Shown here: positions 15,751 to 26,293 of the stretch, piece after piece | Numbering within the stretch: position 1 is the stretch's first letter | Layout: the number at the start of each line of letters is the position of its first letter | Origin: Haloquadratum walsbyi C23 | GTDB lineage: Archaea; Halobacteriota; Halobacteria; Halobacteriales; Haloferacaceae | Direction: 5' to 3' | Length of the DNA: 32,000 nucleotides | Assembly (NCBI RefSeq): GCF_000237865.1 | Contig: NC_017459.1 | Span: 870,001-902,000 of the forward strand | The notes under the pieces: generated by a model | The model's database searches: none | Told to the model about the DNA's origin: nothing | What the model saw: only the letters and a program-made list of their open reading frames with translations | Program-made: the position numbers and the translations under genes

Positions 15751-15785
15751 CAAGGCGAATGGCTCAGGGCTTGTCCTCGGAGGGG
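15751..15785 (-). repeat. dispersed degenerate copy of the palindromic repeat family (inverted orientation)
   Basis: CAAGGCGAATGGCTCAGGGCTTGTCCTCGGAGGGG is 28/34 identical to 23851-23884. Its reverse complement aligns to the TCAAGCCCCGAGGC core at 1592-1605. Confidence 0.6.
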
Positions 15786-15936
15786 CACAGTATTGGAATG
15801 GTTACACACATGCACTCTGCTCACGTCATTTCGTCGTAACGCCTAATAACCGAAGAACCATTCGTTTGAGTAATGAATCTATTCGTGACTCTCCTGCCGG
15901 TTGAAATGCCGAGCATGACTTACCCGAGGTGGTTTT

Positions 15937-16797
15937 GTGGGCGTTAAAATCAAAGAATCCGCCATTTCTGACACGGAGTTTGAGCGGATGCAGCAGTTCG
16001 TTTATGATTACCTTGCTGCCAGCGTTGAAGGTGATGAAGATGGTGGACGGATGCGGTGGTACCCATGGCATAGTGCAGAGTATCGATTTAACCACATTCA
16101 AAATGTCATTGAGATAGCGACGACAATCGCTGATCGCGAAGGGGCAGCAATTGACGTTGTCCGTGTTTCTGCACTATTTCATGATATCTCTAAACTTGAA
16201 GCGAATCAAGAAGTTCATGCTGAGGAAGGCGCTCGCGTGACCCGCGAATATCTCCAAACCTGTGATAATCTTCCACAATCATTTATTGATGAGGTGTGTC
16301 AATCTGTTGCTGAACATTCATATCAAGGTCCATTATCGGATACCTCACTCGAAACACAGAGTCTTATCGAGGCAGATATCCTCGATAAAATTGGAGCGAA
16401 TGGGACCGTCTTAATCCTCTTGCGGATGGGATATGAGTCTCGTACACATACTGATGCTGCAGAGATGGTTGACCGTGTTCTTGAACGTGGACGTAACGCG
16501 AAAGAACGAGTCGTATCCGATACTGCTGAAAGTATTGCATATCAGCGGCTGAAGCGTGTAAAATGGTTTCGTGAGTGGCTTGAGTCTGAGGTCCCAGCGA
16601 TGTCTATGGGTGCGAATGTCGAGTTTACTCCTGACCCAACGAAAGCGGACGCCCACACGACACACGGTGATATTGACTCTGATATCAGTGTCGCTACTGG
16701 AACAGATACGGATAGCACTGACACCAACGAAGATACTGACACCAATCCTGACACTAACAATACCAACCCTGTCGATACACATATTAGCGATGGATAA
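15937..16797 (+). CDS. HD-domain metal-dependent phosphohydrolase with an Asp/Thr-rich low-complexity tail
   Basis: HD motif SALFHDISK preceded by H (FNHIQNV); downstream EADILDKIGANG. The start is GTG 15937 or ATG 15988. The tail is TGTDTDSTDTNEDTDTNPDTNNTNP. Confidence 0.8.
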   Translation: MGVKIKESAISDTEFERMQQFVYDYLAASVEGDEDGGRMRWYPWHSAEYRFNHIQNVIEIATTIADREGAAIDVVRVSALFHDISKLEANQEVHAEEGARVTREYLQTCDNLPQSFIDEVCQSVAEHSYQGPLSDTSLETQSLIEADILDKIGANGTVLILLRMGYESRTHTDAAEMVDRVLERGRNAKERVVSDTAESIAYQRLKRVKWFREWLESEVPAMSMGANVEFTPDPTKADAHTTHGDIDSDISVATGTDTDSTDTNEDTDTNPDTNNTNPVDTHISDG

Positions 16798-17153
16798 ACG
16801 GGATATGTCATTGAATAACCCCTGAGACAATCACCATGACCGTCGAAATATTCGGAATGCCGTTTTCTGTATAAAATCTCAATCATCGGATTAGCCAGCA
16901 GATTGAGTAGCTCATTATACAACTTATCACAAGATCAGCTGTATTCACTGAATTGAAACTTTATCAGAATAAAAAGAAGGCCCCCACTCATAAGCAGCGA
17001 ACAGTGAAAGCCATGAATAAGTAGGGCAGAGTAAGGTAATTCATTTATTTGTTCTGACAGGTAATCACAGAATGTATAACTTCAGCGATTCAATAATATT
17101 GGGCTGTATTCCAAAGGTCGGTGCGGCGTCGAACCCAATTAGCAGCGTTATTA

Positions 17154-20100
17154 TCAGTCGTCGCTCGTTTGTGCAATAGCATCATTATCAGTGATGCTTG
17201 CTGATGCGGCTGCGGCTGGTGGTAGTTCGTTTCTAACGTCATCTCGTGCTCGCTCCTCAATAACTTCAGCATATGCGTCGGGCATTATCTTGACGAAGTC
17301 ATTGACGACATCTGTCCATTGTTCAAGCATCCACTCAGCCTGATCACTACTTGTATACTCCTCATGATTTTCAATAAGTCGGCGCAACATTGCCTTATCG
17401 CTATCCTCAAGACGAGACGCAAGTGATACCATCTCTGTGTTTGCTGACTCTGAGAACGTATCCTCTGGGTCGTACGCATATGCAATTCCACCTGACATAC
17501 CTGCGGCGAAGTTCCGACCTGTCTCACCAAGGACGGCAACAATACCACCGGTCATATACTCACAGCCGTGGTCACCAACTCCTTCAACGACAGTTTTGAC
17601 TCCAGAGTTGCGGACTGCAAACCGCTCGCCGGCGACACCGTTGACATATAACTCACCCTGTGTTGCACCGTATAATGCAACATTCCCGATAAGAACGTTT
17701 TCGCTCGCTTCATAATTGGCTGTTTCTGGAGTCTCAACGATTATCCTCCCCCCAGAGAGTCCTTTACCAACATAGTCATTAGCTGCACCGGTGAGATGCA
17801 TCGTAACGCCACTCGCGAGGAATGCGCCGAATGATTGCCCTGCAACACCATCAAATGAGCAGTGAATCGTGTCGTTTGGCAATCCAGCACCACCGTGCTC
17901 ACTGGAGATTCGATTTGATAACATCGCGCCAACCGCCCGGTCGACGTTCGAGATTGATTCTGTGATGGCAACCGGTTCGCCATCAGTAAGCGCAGCCTCA
18001 GCTGATTCAATAAGCTCATGATCAAGCTGCGTCTCAATAGCAGAATGAGTCTGTCCCTCAGTCTGATGTCTTGTGTCGCCCGCAGGCTCCGCAATTACGT
18101 CTGAGAGATCAAGATGACGAGCCTTTTCATGATCGGTCTCACGCTGCGTCAGAAGCGACGGTCGACCAATCATCTCATCTAATGACTGGAATCCAAGTTC
18201 AGCCATTATTTCTCTGAGTTCCTGTGCAATAAACGTCATATAGTTAATGACGTGGTCTGGCTGCCCGGGGAACCGATTCCGAAGTTTCTCTCGCTGCGTT
18301 GCAACACCAACTGGACAGGTATTTTCGTGACATTGTCGAGCCATCACGCACCCAGAGGTAACGAGTGAGGCTGTTCCGAAGACATACTCCTCACCACCTA
18401 ATAATGCAGCAATAGCAACATCACGACCGGTTTTCATCCCACCATCGACAGTGACGCGAATACGCGATCGAAGGTCTGTTGCCCGTAGCATCTGATTTGT
18501 CTCTGCCAAGCCAAGTTCCCACGGTAGACCTGCATTCTTGATTGATGTCTTTGGTGATGCGCCAGTTCCACCATCATGTCCTGAGATATGCACAACATCA
18601 GCGTTTGCCTTTGCAACACCTGCAGCGATTGTCCCAATTCCTGCCTCTGAAACGAGTTTGACATTGATATCCGCGTCAGGATTCGCCGCCTTTAGATCAT
18701 GAATAAGTTGCTTGAGGTCCTCAATTGAGTAAATATCATGCAGTGGTGGTGGCGAAATAAGTCCGACACCTGGTGTTGAAAATCGGACATGAGCAATCAT
18801 CTCATTAACCTTCTTACCAGGGAGATGACCACCTTCACCAGGTTTTGATCCTTGTGCCATCTTTATTTGAATCTCCTCAGCGTTTGTGAGGTACTCTGAC
18901 GTAACGCCAAAGCGTCCTGATGCGACCTGTTTGACAGCACACTCTTTTTCAGTTCCGAACCGCTCTGGTGGTTCGCCACCTTCACCAGTGTTTGATTTCG
19001 CGCCAAGGCGATTCATCGCAATCGAATTATTTTCATGCGCTTCTGGAGAGAGACTTCCAAGCGACATCGCTGCTGTTGAGAATCGCGTCACGATATCTTC
19101 GACAGGTTCGACAGACTCAACGGGAATTGATTCACGATTGCTATCAAATGATAACAGCCCGCGCAAAGTCTGTAGTTCCTCAGACTGATCATTAATCAGT
19201 TCAGCAAACTCGCCGTACTTTTCATAATCGCCCGATCGAACTGCCTGCTGAAGCGTTCCGACTGTCTGTGGATTCCATTGATGATGGATACCATCAGATC
19301 GGTGTTCGAATTCACCCTGCCGTTCTAACTCTGGGTCGGTCCCGTAAGCAACAGCATGTCGGGTTAATGCATCTTCTTCAATTACGTCAATACCAATCCC
19401 CTCCGTTCTGATTTCTGTTCCTTCAAAATACTCCCCAACGAAATCTGAGTCAAGACCAACTGCCTCGAAAATCTGAGCTCCTTGATAGGACTCGACTGTT
19501 GAGATTCCCATCTTTGCCATTGTCTTCAGTAGCCCATCTTCGAGTGCATCGATGTATGCAGCAACTGCATCGGATTCATCGGCACCGTCAGGTCCAGCAA
19601 CAACATCAGCAATCGTTTGGTATGCAAGATATGGGTTAATACCATCGGCACCGTATCCAACAAGCGTTGCGATGTGATGTACTTCACGCGGATCACCGGA
19701 TTCAACAATAATTCCGGCACGGTTTCGAAGTCCAGAGCGAACAAGACTATGATGTACAGCACCTGTTGCAAGGAGGCTTGGGATTGCTATACGATCAGAG
19801 CCCAGTTTCTTATCTGAGAGTACAACAACATCAGCACCGTTTTTGATTTCGGTTGTCGCATTCTTACGAATCTGCTCGATTGCTTCTTCGAGTGTTTTCT
19901 CACGCTCATATGTGATGTCAACGACTGCTGTTGACATCGCATCTTCTGTATCATCACCCAATGATTTGATTCCTGACGTCTGCTCATCGGTCAATACAGG
20001 TGAGTCTAAGATGAGTTGACGAGCATGAGTTTTCGTCTCATCGAGAAGGTTCCGTTGTGCCCCAACACGCGATTCGAGTGATGTGACCAGTTCTTCACGA

Positions 20101-21722
20101 ATGTAATCAAGCGGTGGGTTCGTAACTTGTGCAAATAATTGCTTGAAATAGGTAAAGAGTGGTCGGTTAAAATCTGAAAGAACCGATAGCGGGGTATCAT
20201 CACCCATCGATCCGACTGGATCTTTACCCTTTTCAGCCATTGGTTCAATCAAATGATTAATTTGATCGTGAGTGTATCCAAATGCTGCTTGTGCTGCACG
20301 AAGATGGTCGAAATCTGCCTGGGATTCGTATAGAGAGCCATCTGTTAATTCTGAGAGATGTCGCTGTTCCGTTTCGAGCCATTCAGCGTACTTCTCATCA
20401 GTCAGTGAATCGAACACCTCAGAATCTGGGATAACACGTCCTTCCTCTGGGTCTGCAACGAATAACTGTCCAGGCTGTAGTCGCCCGCGTTCGCTGATAT
20501 TGCTCGGCTCGGTATCGAGTGCACCGGATTCACTTGCCATGATAAGCGTGTTGTCCGTTGTGACATCATATCGACATGGACGAAGTCCATTTCGATCAAG
20601 AACTGCAGCGATTCGGTCACCATCTGTTGCTGCAACCAGTGCTGGTCCATCCCATGGTTCAACCAGCGATGCGTGATAATCATACCATGCACGGCGGTCT
20701 TCGTCCATTTGCTCATCGCCACGATATGCTTCAGGAATGAGCATCCGAAGAACATGCGGCAACTCACGACCACCCTGTAAAAGTAACTCAACAGCATTAT
20801 CAACAGATGCTGTATCCGATTGATTTGGATCGTTAATGACCGGTTTTATTGTATCCAGATCATCATCAAATGTTGGGTGTGAAAGGTCCGTTTCACGACT
20901 TCGCATCCAATTGATATTACCTTGGATTGTGTTGATCTCACCATTGTGGATGATATGCCGATATGGATGCGCAAGATGCCATGCACCAAGTGTGTTTGTT
21001 GAAAACCGTGCGTGGACGAGCGTCAGCGTCGTTTTGAACCGTTCATCTGCAAGGTCTTGATAATAATCTGCAAGTTGCGTACCCTTTAATAATCCCTTAT
21101 ATACTATTGTCTGCCGAGAGAGCGAACAGATATAGAATCGTGCGGCGCCGGTTGAGTCAAGCTCATCAACTTCGGTCTCAACCGCTCGCCGGGCAACATA
21201 CAGAGACTGATCAAATTCTTTCTCATCAATTTCACCTGCCTCAACATTGTGTGTGGATTCGGGTACAATGAATGCCTGCCAAACATCAGGTTCAGATTCA
21301 AGTGCTGTTTCACCAAGGTTGGTGTTATCTGTTGGAACATCTCGCCAATTAATCACAGATAGATCGTGTTCAGCAAGCACCCGCTCGAAGATTGACATCA
21401 GTCCTTCTCGGGCAGCGTCGTCTTGTGGCATGAAAATCGAGCCGACGGCGTACTCCTCAGGAAGGTCACACTCAACAACAGCATCAAAAAATGAGTCAGG
21501 TCGCTGAACAACGATTCCAGCGCCATCTCCTGTGTCAGGTTCAGCGCCGGTCGTTCCTCGATGTTCAAGATTCTCAAGAAGTTCAATCCCATTAGATACA
21601 GTTTGGTGTGACTGCCCACCATCAAGATCGACAACAGCGCCGACACCGCAGTTCGACCGACTATCTGATGGATCAGCCAATCCATCAGTATGTTCAGTCG
21701 TGTGGCTATCTGGCTTGGTCAT
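17154..21722 (-). CDS. gltB: glutamate synthase large subunit
   Basis: 1522 aa. It has an Ntn-amidotransferase Cys after a short propeptide (SNCGVGAV), an FMN/Fe-S region (ARQCHENTCPVGVATQ) and a C-terminal GXGXG domain (GVGDHGCEYMTGG). Confidence 0.95.
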   Translation of the reverse strand: MTKPDSHTTEHTDGLADPSDSRSNCGVGAVVDLDGGQSHQTVSNGIELLENLEHRGTTGAEPDTGDGAGIVVQRPDSFFDAVVECDLPEEYAVGSIFMPQDDAAREGLMSIFERVLAEHDLSVINWRDVPTDNTNLGETALESEPDVWQAFIVPESTHNVEAGEIDEKEFDQSLYVARRAVETEVDELDSTGAARFYICSLSRQTIVYKGLLKGTQLADYYQDLADERFKTTLTLVHARFSTNTLGAWHLAHPYRHIIHNGEINTIQGNINWMRSRETDLSHPTFDDDLDTIKPVINDPNQSDTASVDNAVELLLQGGRELPHVLRMLIPEAYRGDEQMDEDRRAWYDYHASLVEPWDGPALVAATDGDRIAAVLDRNGLRPCRYDVTTDNTLIMASESGALDTEPSNISERGRLQPGQLFVADPEEGRVIPDSEVFDSLTDEKYAEWLETEQRHLSELTDGSLYESQADFDHLRAAQAAFGYTHDQINHLIEPMAEKGKDPVGSMGDDTPLSVLSDFNRPLFTYFKQLFAQVTNPPLDYIREELVTSLESRVGAQRNLLDETKTHARQLILDSPVLTDEQTSGIKSLGDDTEDAMSTAVVDITYEREKTLEEAIEQIRKNATTEIKNGADVVVLSDKKLGSDRIAIPSLLATGAVHHSLVRSGLRNRAGIIVESGDPREVHHIATLVGYGADGINPYLAYQTIADVVAGPDGADESDAVAAYIDALEDGLLKTMAKMGISTVESYQGAQIFEAVGLDSDFVGEYFEGTEIRTEGIGIDVIEEDALTRHAVAYGTDPELERQGEFEHRSDGIHHQWNPQTVGTLQQAVRSGDYEKYGEFAELINDQSEELQTLRGLLSFDSNRESIPVESVEPVEDIVTRFSTAAMSLGSLSPEAHENNSIAMNRLGAKSNTGEGGEPPERFGTEKECAVKQVASGRFGVTSEYLTNAEEIQIKMAQGSKPGEGGHLPGKKVNEMIAHVRFSTPGVGLISPPPLHDIYSIEDLKQLIHDLKAANPDADINVKLVSEAGIGTIAAGVAKANADVVHISGHDGGTGASPKTSIKNAGLPWELGLAETNQMLRATDLRSRIRVTVDGGMKTGRDVAIAALLGGEEYVFGTASLVTSGCVMARQCHENTCPVGVATQREKLRNRFPGQPDHVINYMTFIAQELREIMAELGFQSLDEMIGRPSLLTQRETDHEKARHLDLSDVIAEPAGDTRHQTEGQTHSAIETQLDHELIESAEAALTDGEPVAITESISNVDRAVGAMLSNRISSEHGGAGLPNDTIHCSFDGVAGQSFGAFLASGVTMHLTGAANDYVGKGLSGGRIIVETPETANYEASENVLIGNVALYGATQGELYVNGVAGERFAVRNSGVKTVVEGVGDHGCEYMTGGIVAVLGETGRNFAAGMSGGIAYAYDPEDTFSESANTEMVSLASRLEDSDKAMLRRLIENHEEYTSSDQAEWMLEQWTDVVNDFVKIMPDAYAEVIEERARDDVRNELPPAAAASASITDNDAIAQTSDD

Positions 21723-21884
21723 ATGTAATCTATGATACGGCTACTAAAGGAACTTCCCCTCAAATGATATTGTCTCACTAACCACATATAAGGACCGGGA
21801 GTAATATCTTATATTTTGACCGTATTTTTCGACGCATGACGAATATAATTATCGACAAAGACAATTACGATATTATTATCACTG

Positions 21885-23423
21885 TTAATACGATTTGGCA
21901 AAATAAGCAGTTTTAAAAGCTGGATTATCACAGACCACACACGTCGAATCTGTCAGATCAAGTGATTTCTCATTAGATTCCACTGTCGTATCATTGTTCA
22001 CATCCATGTTTTCATCCGTGGTATCTTGCTCATCAGCTTCATCACTCGATATGGGTACCATCACAATTTCAGCTGCGATTTCATCCTTGATTGCTGTCTC
22101 ACAGCCCTCATCACCGCACCATGGAGTTTTAACATATCCACCATGCTGACCAATTGTTCCTAAAAGTTCAGAACGAGTTTTGGCTATCCGGATATTTGAA
22201 TTAAGTGTTTCTTCTGCAGCGGCATACAACTTCGCGTATACAGCATCAAACTGTTCTTGAACTGTCTCGACAATTTCTGATCGTTCAGCTGTTATTGACT
22301 CCCCATCAGGTCGATGTATTAATGTGACCGTCCCCTCCGTTGCTTCATCTGGTCCTATTTCAGCCCGTAGCGGGACTCCTTTTAGCTCCCATTCATTAAA
22401 TTTGAATCCAGGATTCTGGTCATCACGGTCATCAAGTTCGACACGAATTCCAGCATCATCGAGATTATTTGCAACATCTTCAGCATATTCGAGTACTCTC
22501 TCTTTTGTTTCTGTCTGCCAAATCGGAACAATGACGACTTGTTCTGGCGCAACTGTTGGCGGAAGTACAAGTCCTTGATCATCCGAATGCGTCATAATGA
22601 GTGCTCCGAGTGCTCGCCATGAGAGCCCCCATGATGTTGTGTGTGCAACCCGTGATGTTTCGTCTGTATCAGTATATGTAATGTCAAAGGCATCCGCAAA
22701 TTCGGTGCCAAGGTAATGAGATGTTGCACCTTGCACCGACTTACCATCCGGCATCAATGCCTCGACAGTTGTTGTTGTGTCCGCACCTGGGAACTTATCA
22801 TGTTCCGGTTTTGCACCCCGAAGCACAGGAATCGCAAGTAGGTCCTCATATGTTGACTCATATTGATTCAGACGACACATAGTCTCCGCCCACGCATCCG
22901 CCCGTGTTGCATGCGCCGTATGACCTTCTTGCCAGAGGAACTCTTTTGTTCTGAAAAATGGCTTTGTTTCTGTTGCTTCCCACCGGACGACTGAGGTCCA
23001 TTGATTCACTCGCAGCGGTAAATCTCGATAACTTCGAATCCACCGTGAGAGATACGGTGCAATGATTGACTCTGATGTTGGGCGGACCGCAAGCCGCTCT
23101 TCAAGTTCGTTTCGACCAGCTTGCTCAACCCACGCTACTTCAGGATCAAACCCTTCGACAATCTCTTTTTCACGCTCGAGATATCCTTCAGGTATAAACA
23201 ATGGGAAGTATGCATTCTGAACACCCGTTTGTTTGAACCGAGTATCAAGATAACTTTGCACACGTTCCCAGAGTTCATATGCCCGTGGGCGGGTGACGAT
23301 GAACCCACTCATGCCCTCTGGACCATAGTTAGCTAATTCAGCTTTTTGAACGACCTCAGCATACCACTCACCGGTATTATGTATCTTTGATTGTGTAATC
23401 CCGAGGTCTTGATCTTCACTCAT
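21885..23423 (-). CDS. proS: prolyl-tRNA synthetase, archaeal/eukaryal type, with an acidic C-terminal insertion
   Basis: 512 aa with a class II core (FRTKEFLWQEGHT, GATSHYLG), an anticodon-binding domain and a C-terminal Zn-type domain ending in Tyr (AYFAKSY). The insertion is SSDEADEQDTTDENMDVNNDTT. Confidence 0.93.
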   Translation of the reverse strand: MSEDQDLGITQSKIHNTGEWYAEVVQKAELANYGPEGMSGFIVTRPRAYELWERVQSYLDTRFKQTGVQNAYFPLFIPEGYLEREKEIVEGFDPEVAWVEQAGRNELEERLAVRPTSESIIAPYLSRWIRSYRDLPLRVNQWTSVVRWEATETKPFFRTKEFLWQEGHTAHATRADAWAETMCRLNQYESTYEDLLAIPVLRGAKPEHDKFPGADTTTTVEALMPDGKSVQGATSHYLGTEFADAFDITYTDTDETSRVAHTTSWGLSWRALGALIMTHSDDQGLVLPPTVAPEQVVIVPIWQTETKERVLEYAEDVANNLDDAGIRVELDDRDDQNPGFKFNEWELKGVPLRAEIGPDEATEGTVTLIHRPDGESITAERSEIVETVQEQFDAVYAKLYAAAEETLNSNIRIAKTRSELLGTIGQHGGYVKTPWCGDEGCETAIKDEIAAEIVMVPISSDEADEQDTTDENMDVNNDTTVESNEKSLDLTDSTCVVCDNPAFKTAYFAKSY

Positions 23424-23850
23424 TAGCTAAAAGGAATCCGAGGTGCGTGTTAAATCCCCTGAACAGAATTATTATTTGATTGATCACATCGCGTATCCAA
23501 ATCATCCTGTTGCACCCCGAATGATGTTGTTGACTCCTGCTAGTCCCACCCTGGCAACCGGGTTTGAAACCCTGCGGCGAGTGCTGCATCAAGACCGTCA
23601 GTATCAGGCGTCTCCAGTGTATCCATACACATCTGTAATATGAAATGTTGCTTCCGCAAGTACAGATAATGGCGTCCCACCCAATTGTCGACGCGAGTTC
23701 TCGAGCAAGCACCTCATCACCGACAAATTCCGGATAATCACCCGGAACATCAATCCGACGAAGATTTCCAATATTGGATTCACACACTCACATAACTCTG
23801 ATTGTTATTTTGTTTGAAAATATAGATTGGATAAAGATGTACAGGCGGTA

Positions 23851-23884
23851 CAAGGCGACTGCCTCGGGGCTTGACTTCGGAGTG
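23851..23884 (-). repeat. dispersed copy of the palindromic repeat family (inverted orientation) in the proS/aCPSF1 spacer
   Basis: CAAGGCGACTGCCTCGGGGCTTGACTTCGGAGTG contains GCCTCGGGGCTTGA, the exact reverse complement of TCAAGCCCCGAGGC at 1592-1605. Confidence 0.65.
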
Positions 23885-24278
23885 AGTTCACATGACTTGT
23901 GAGTCGACACGGACTATGGTACGGTATTCAAATCGATATGAGTGAGATGAAGAATGTATTCATTTTACCTAAGATTCCGTCTCAGCGGTATGATATCGTC
24001 GGATTTGTTTGTGTTTAGACAGGGTAGATATCAGATATATGATTCCAGCTTGAGAAGATTTTTATACGCAGGCGGGGCTACGTCACGATAAGCGGGTTTT
24101 ACCTGTCTCCTACATGATCAGGACCGCCAGAGATAGCGATTCATTTAGTCGTTCAATATGCTCTCTCATCCATTATGACGCTTGATTATCTCCGGATTAA
24201 ATTATTAGTCCAATATTATGATAGGAGTGACCCGACATACCGTCTGCTCACAACATTGTGGGCAGGACGTTCTTACCT

Positions 24279-26198
24279 ATGAGCTCAGTAGATACGCAAC
24301 TTGAGGAACTGAAATCAGAGATAATGGCTGAACTGCCGTCTGATATCTCTGTTTCGGACGTAACGTACGAGGGACCAGAACTTGTTGTCTATACGCGTGA
24401 TCCTAAACGATTCGCAAAGAATGGGGACCTCGTTCGCGACCTTGCAGGAAAGCTCCGCAAACGAATCACTATTCGACCGGATCCAGAGGCGCTTGCGTCA
24501 CCAGCGCGAGCGCAAGATCAGATTCATGACGTGATTCCGGATGAGGCTGGGGTGACCGACCTTGATTTTCATCATGATACCGGCGAGGTTGTAATTGAAG
24601 CAGAAAAACCTGGTATAGTAATCGGACGTGGTGGTGAAACACTTCGAGAGATCACACAGCAAGTCGGGTGGACACCCGAGGTTGTTCGTACACCACCGAT
24701 TGAATCATCCACCGTCTCGAACGTTCGTAATTTCTTAAAACAAGAGCGTGATGAGCGTCGAGATATTCTTGAGCGTGTTGGTCGACAAATTCACCGTGAG
24801 GAACTCTCAGATGATGAATGGGTTCGCATCAGCACACTTGGATGCTGTCGTGAGGTGGGTCGTGCTTCATTTGTTCTTTCAACGCCAGAAACACGCATTC
24901 TTATTGACTGCGGGGATAAACCGGGGTCTGATGATGTTCCATATTTGCAGGCTCCAGAGGCGCTTGGATCCGGTGCAAGTTCAGTTGATGCGGTTGTACT
25001 CACACATGCACATCTTGACCACTCAGCGCTCCTTCCACTATTATTCAAATATGGATATGACGGACCGATCTATACGACAGAACCAACCCGTGACCTGATG
25101 GGGCTTCTCCAATTGGACTATCTTGATGTTGCGGCAAAAGAAGGACGCACACCACCATATGACTCTTCGATGGTTCGTGAGACAATCAAACACACCATTC
25201 CGTTGGAGTATGGCGATGTAACCGATATTGCCCCAGACGTCAAATTAACATTCCACAACGCGGGTCACATTCTCGGGTCAGCAGTAACCCACTTCCATAT
25301 TGGCGATGGATTATACAACGTTGCATTCTCTGGTGATATTCACTACGAAGATACTCGATTATTCAATGGGGCAGTTAATGACTTCCCGCGTGTTGAAACA
25401 CTTATCCTCGAATCAACATACGGCGGTCGCGATGATTATCAGACAGATCAAGAAGACTCAGAACGCGAGCTTATAGAGGTGATCAATGAAACATATGACC
25501 GTGGTGGGAAAGTCGTCATCCCTGCTTTTGCCGTTGGGCGGTCACAAGAGATTATGCTCGTCTTAGAAGAGGCGATGCGAACTGGTGAGATTCCACAAAT
25601 GCCAGTCCATCTTGATGGCATGATATGGGAAGCAACTGCAATACACACGACCTACCCCGAATATCTTCGTGATAACCTCCGTGATCGAATCTTCCACGAT
25701 GATGAAAATCCATTTCTTGCCGAGGAATTTAATCACATTGATGCCGGTGAAGAGGAACGGCAAGCCGTCTCCGATGGTGAACCATGCATTGTGCTTTCAA
25801 CCTCGGGGATGATCACTGGCGGACCCATTATGTCTTGGCTCCAACACATTGGCACTGATCCGGATTCACGTCTTGTCTTTGTTGGATATCAAGCGCAGGG
25901 AACGCTTGGTCGACGTATCCAGGATGGATGGGACGAAATCCCAATTAACGGCGATCAACTTGGTCGATCAGAGACGCTCACCCTTGAGATGGATGTTACG
26001 ACTGTGAGTGGCTTCTCGGGGCACGCCGATCGCCAAGGGCTTGAGAACTTCGTCAAGACAATGAATCCCCGTCCTGAGAAAATCCTCTGCGTGCACGGCG
26101 ATGAGCAGTCGGTACAAGACCTTTCATCTGGGTTGTATCATGACTATAATCTACGCACGTTTGCCCCGAAGAATCTCGAAACGTTCCGATTCCTCTAG
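24279..26198 (+). CDS. aCPSF1-type ribonuclease (two KH domains, metallo-beta-lactamase, beta-CASP); archaeal transcription-termination/RNA-processing factor
   Basis: KH motif GIVIGRGGETLREI, MBL motif LTHAHLDHSA, beta-CASP region and C-terminal HGD. ATG 24279 is preferred over the GTG at 24258. Confidence 0.92.
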   Translation: MSSVDTQLEELKSEIMAELPSDISVSDVTYEGPELVVYTRDPKRFAKNGDLVRDLAGKLRKRITIRPDPEALASPARAQDQIHDVIPDEAGVTDLDFHHDTGEVVIEAEKPGIVIGRGGETLREITQQVGWTPEVVRTPPIESSTVSNVRNFLKQERDERRDILERVGRQIHREELSDDEWVRISTLGCCREVGRASFVLSTPETRILIDCGDKPGSDDVPYLQAPEALGSGASSVDAVVLTHAHLDHSALLPLLFKYGYDGPIYTTEPTRDLMGLLQLDYLDVAAKEGRTPPYDSSMVRETIKHTIPLEYGDVTDIAPDVKLTFHNAGHILGSAVTHFHIGDGLYNVAFSGDIHYEDTRLFNGAVNDFPRVETLILESTYGGRDDYQTDQEDSERELIEVINETYDRGGKVVIPAFAVGRSQEIMLVLEEAMRTGEIPQMPVHLDGMIWEATAIHTTYPEYLRDNLRDRIFHDDENPFLAEEFNHIDAGEEERQAVSDGEPCIVLSTSGMITGGPIMSWLQHIGTDPDSRLVFVGYQAQGTLGRRIQDGWDEIPINGDQLGRSETLTLEMDVTTVSGFSGHADRQGLENFVKTMNPRPEKILCVHGDEQSVQDLSSGLYHDYNLRTFAPKNLETFRFL

Positions 26199-26293
26199 CA
26201 ATCTGAATTAAATACATCATAGTTGCCTCAGATGTCTTAGTTGGGAGGTTCAGTTCATAATATGCAGAATATATGAATGAGCTGCTTTAAATT

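Noticed and set aside
15955-15963. GAATCCGCC matching the tRNA-Gln T-arm as a possible att direct repeat delimiting an island
   Set aside because: It is only 9 nt, which is expected by chance in 64 kb of two-strand search space, and it lies inside the HD-hydrolase coding region.
17285-21735. Many 60-134 aa ORFs overlapping gltB in other frames or on the opposite strand
   Set aside because: They are embedded in the 1522-codon gltB frame with clear domain motifs, so they are shadow ORFs.
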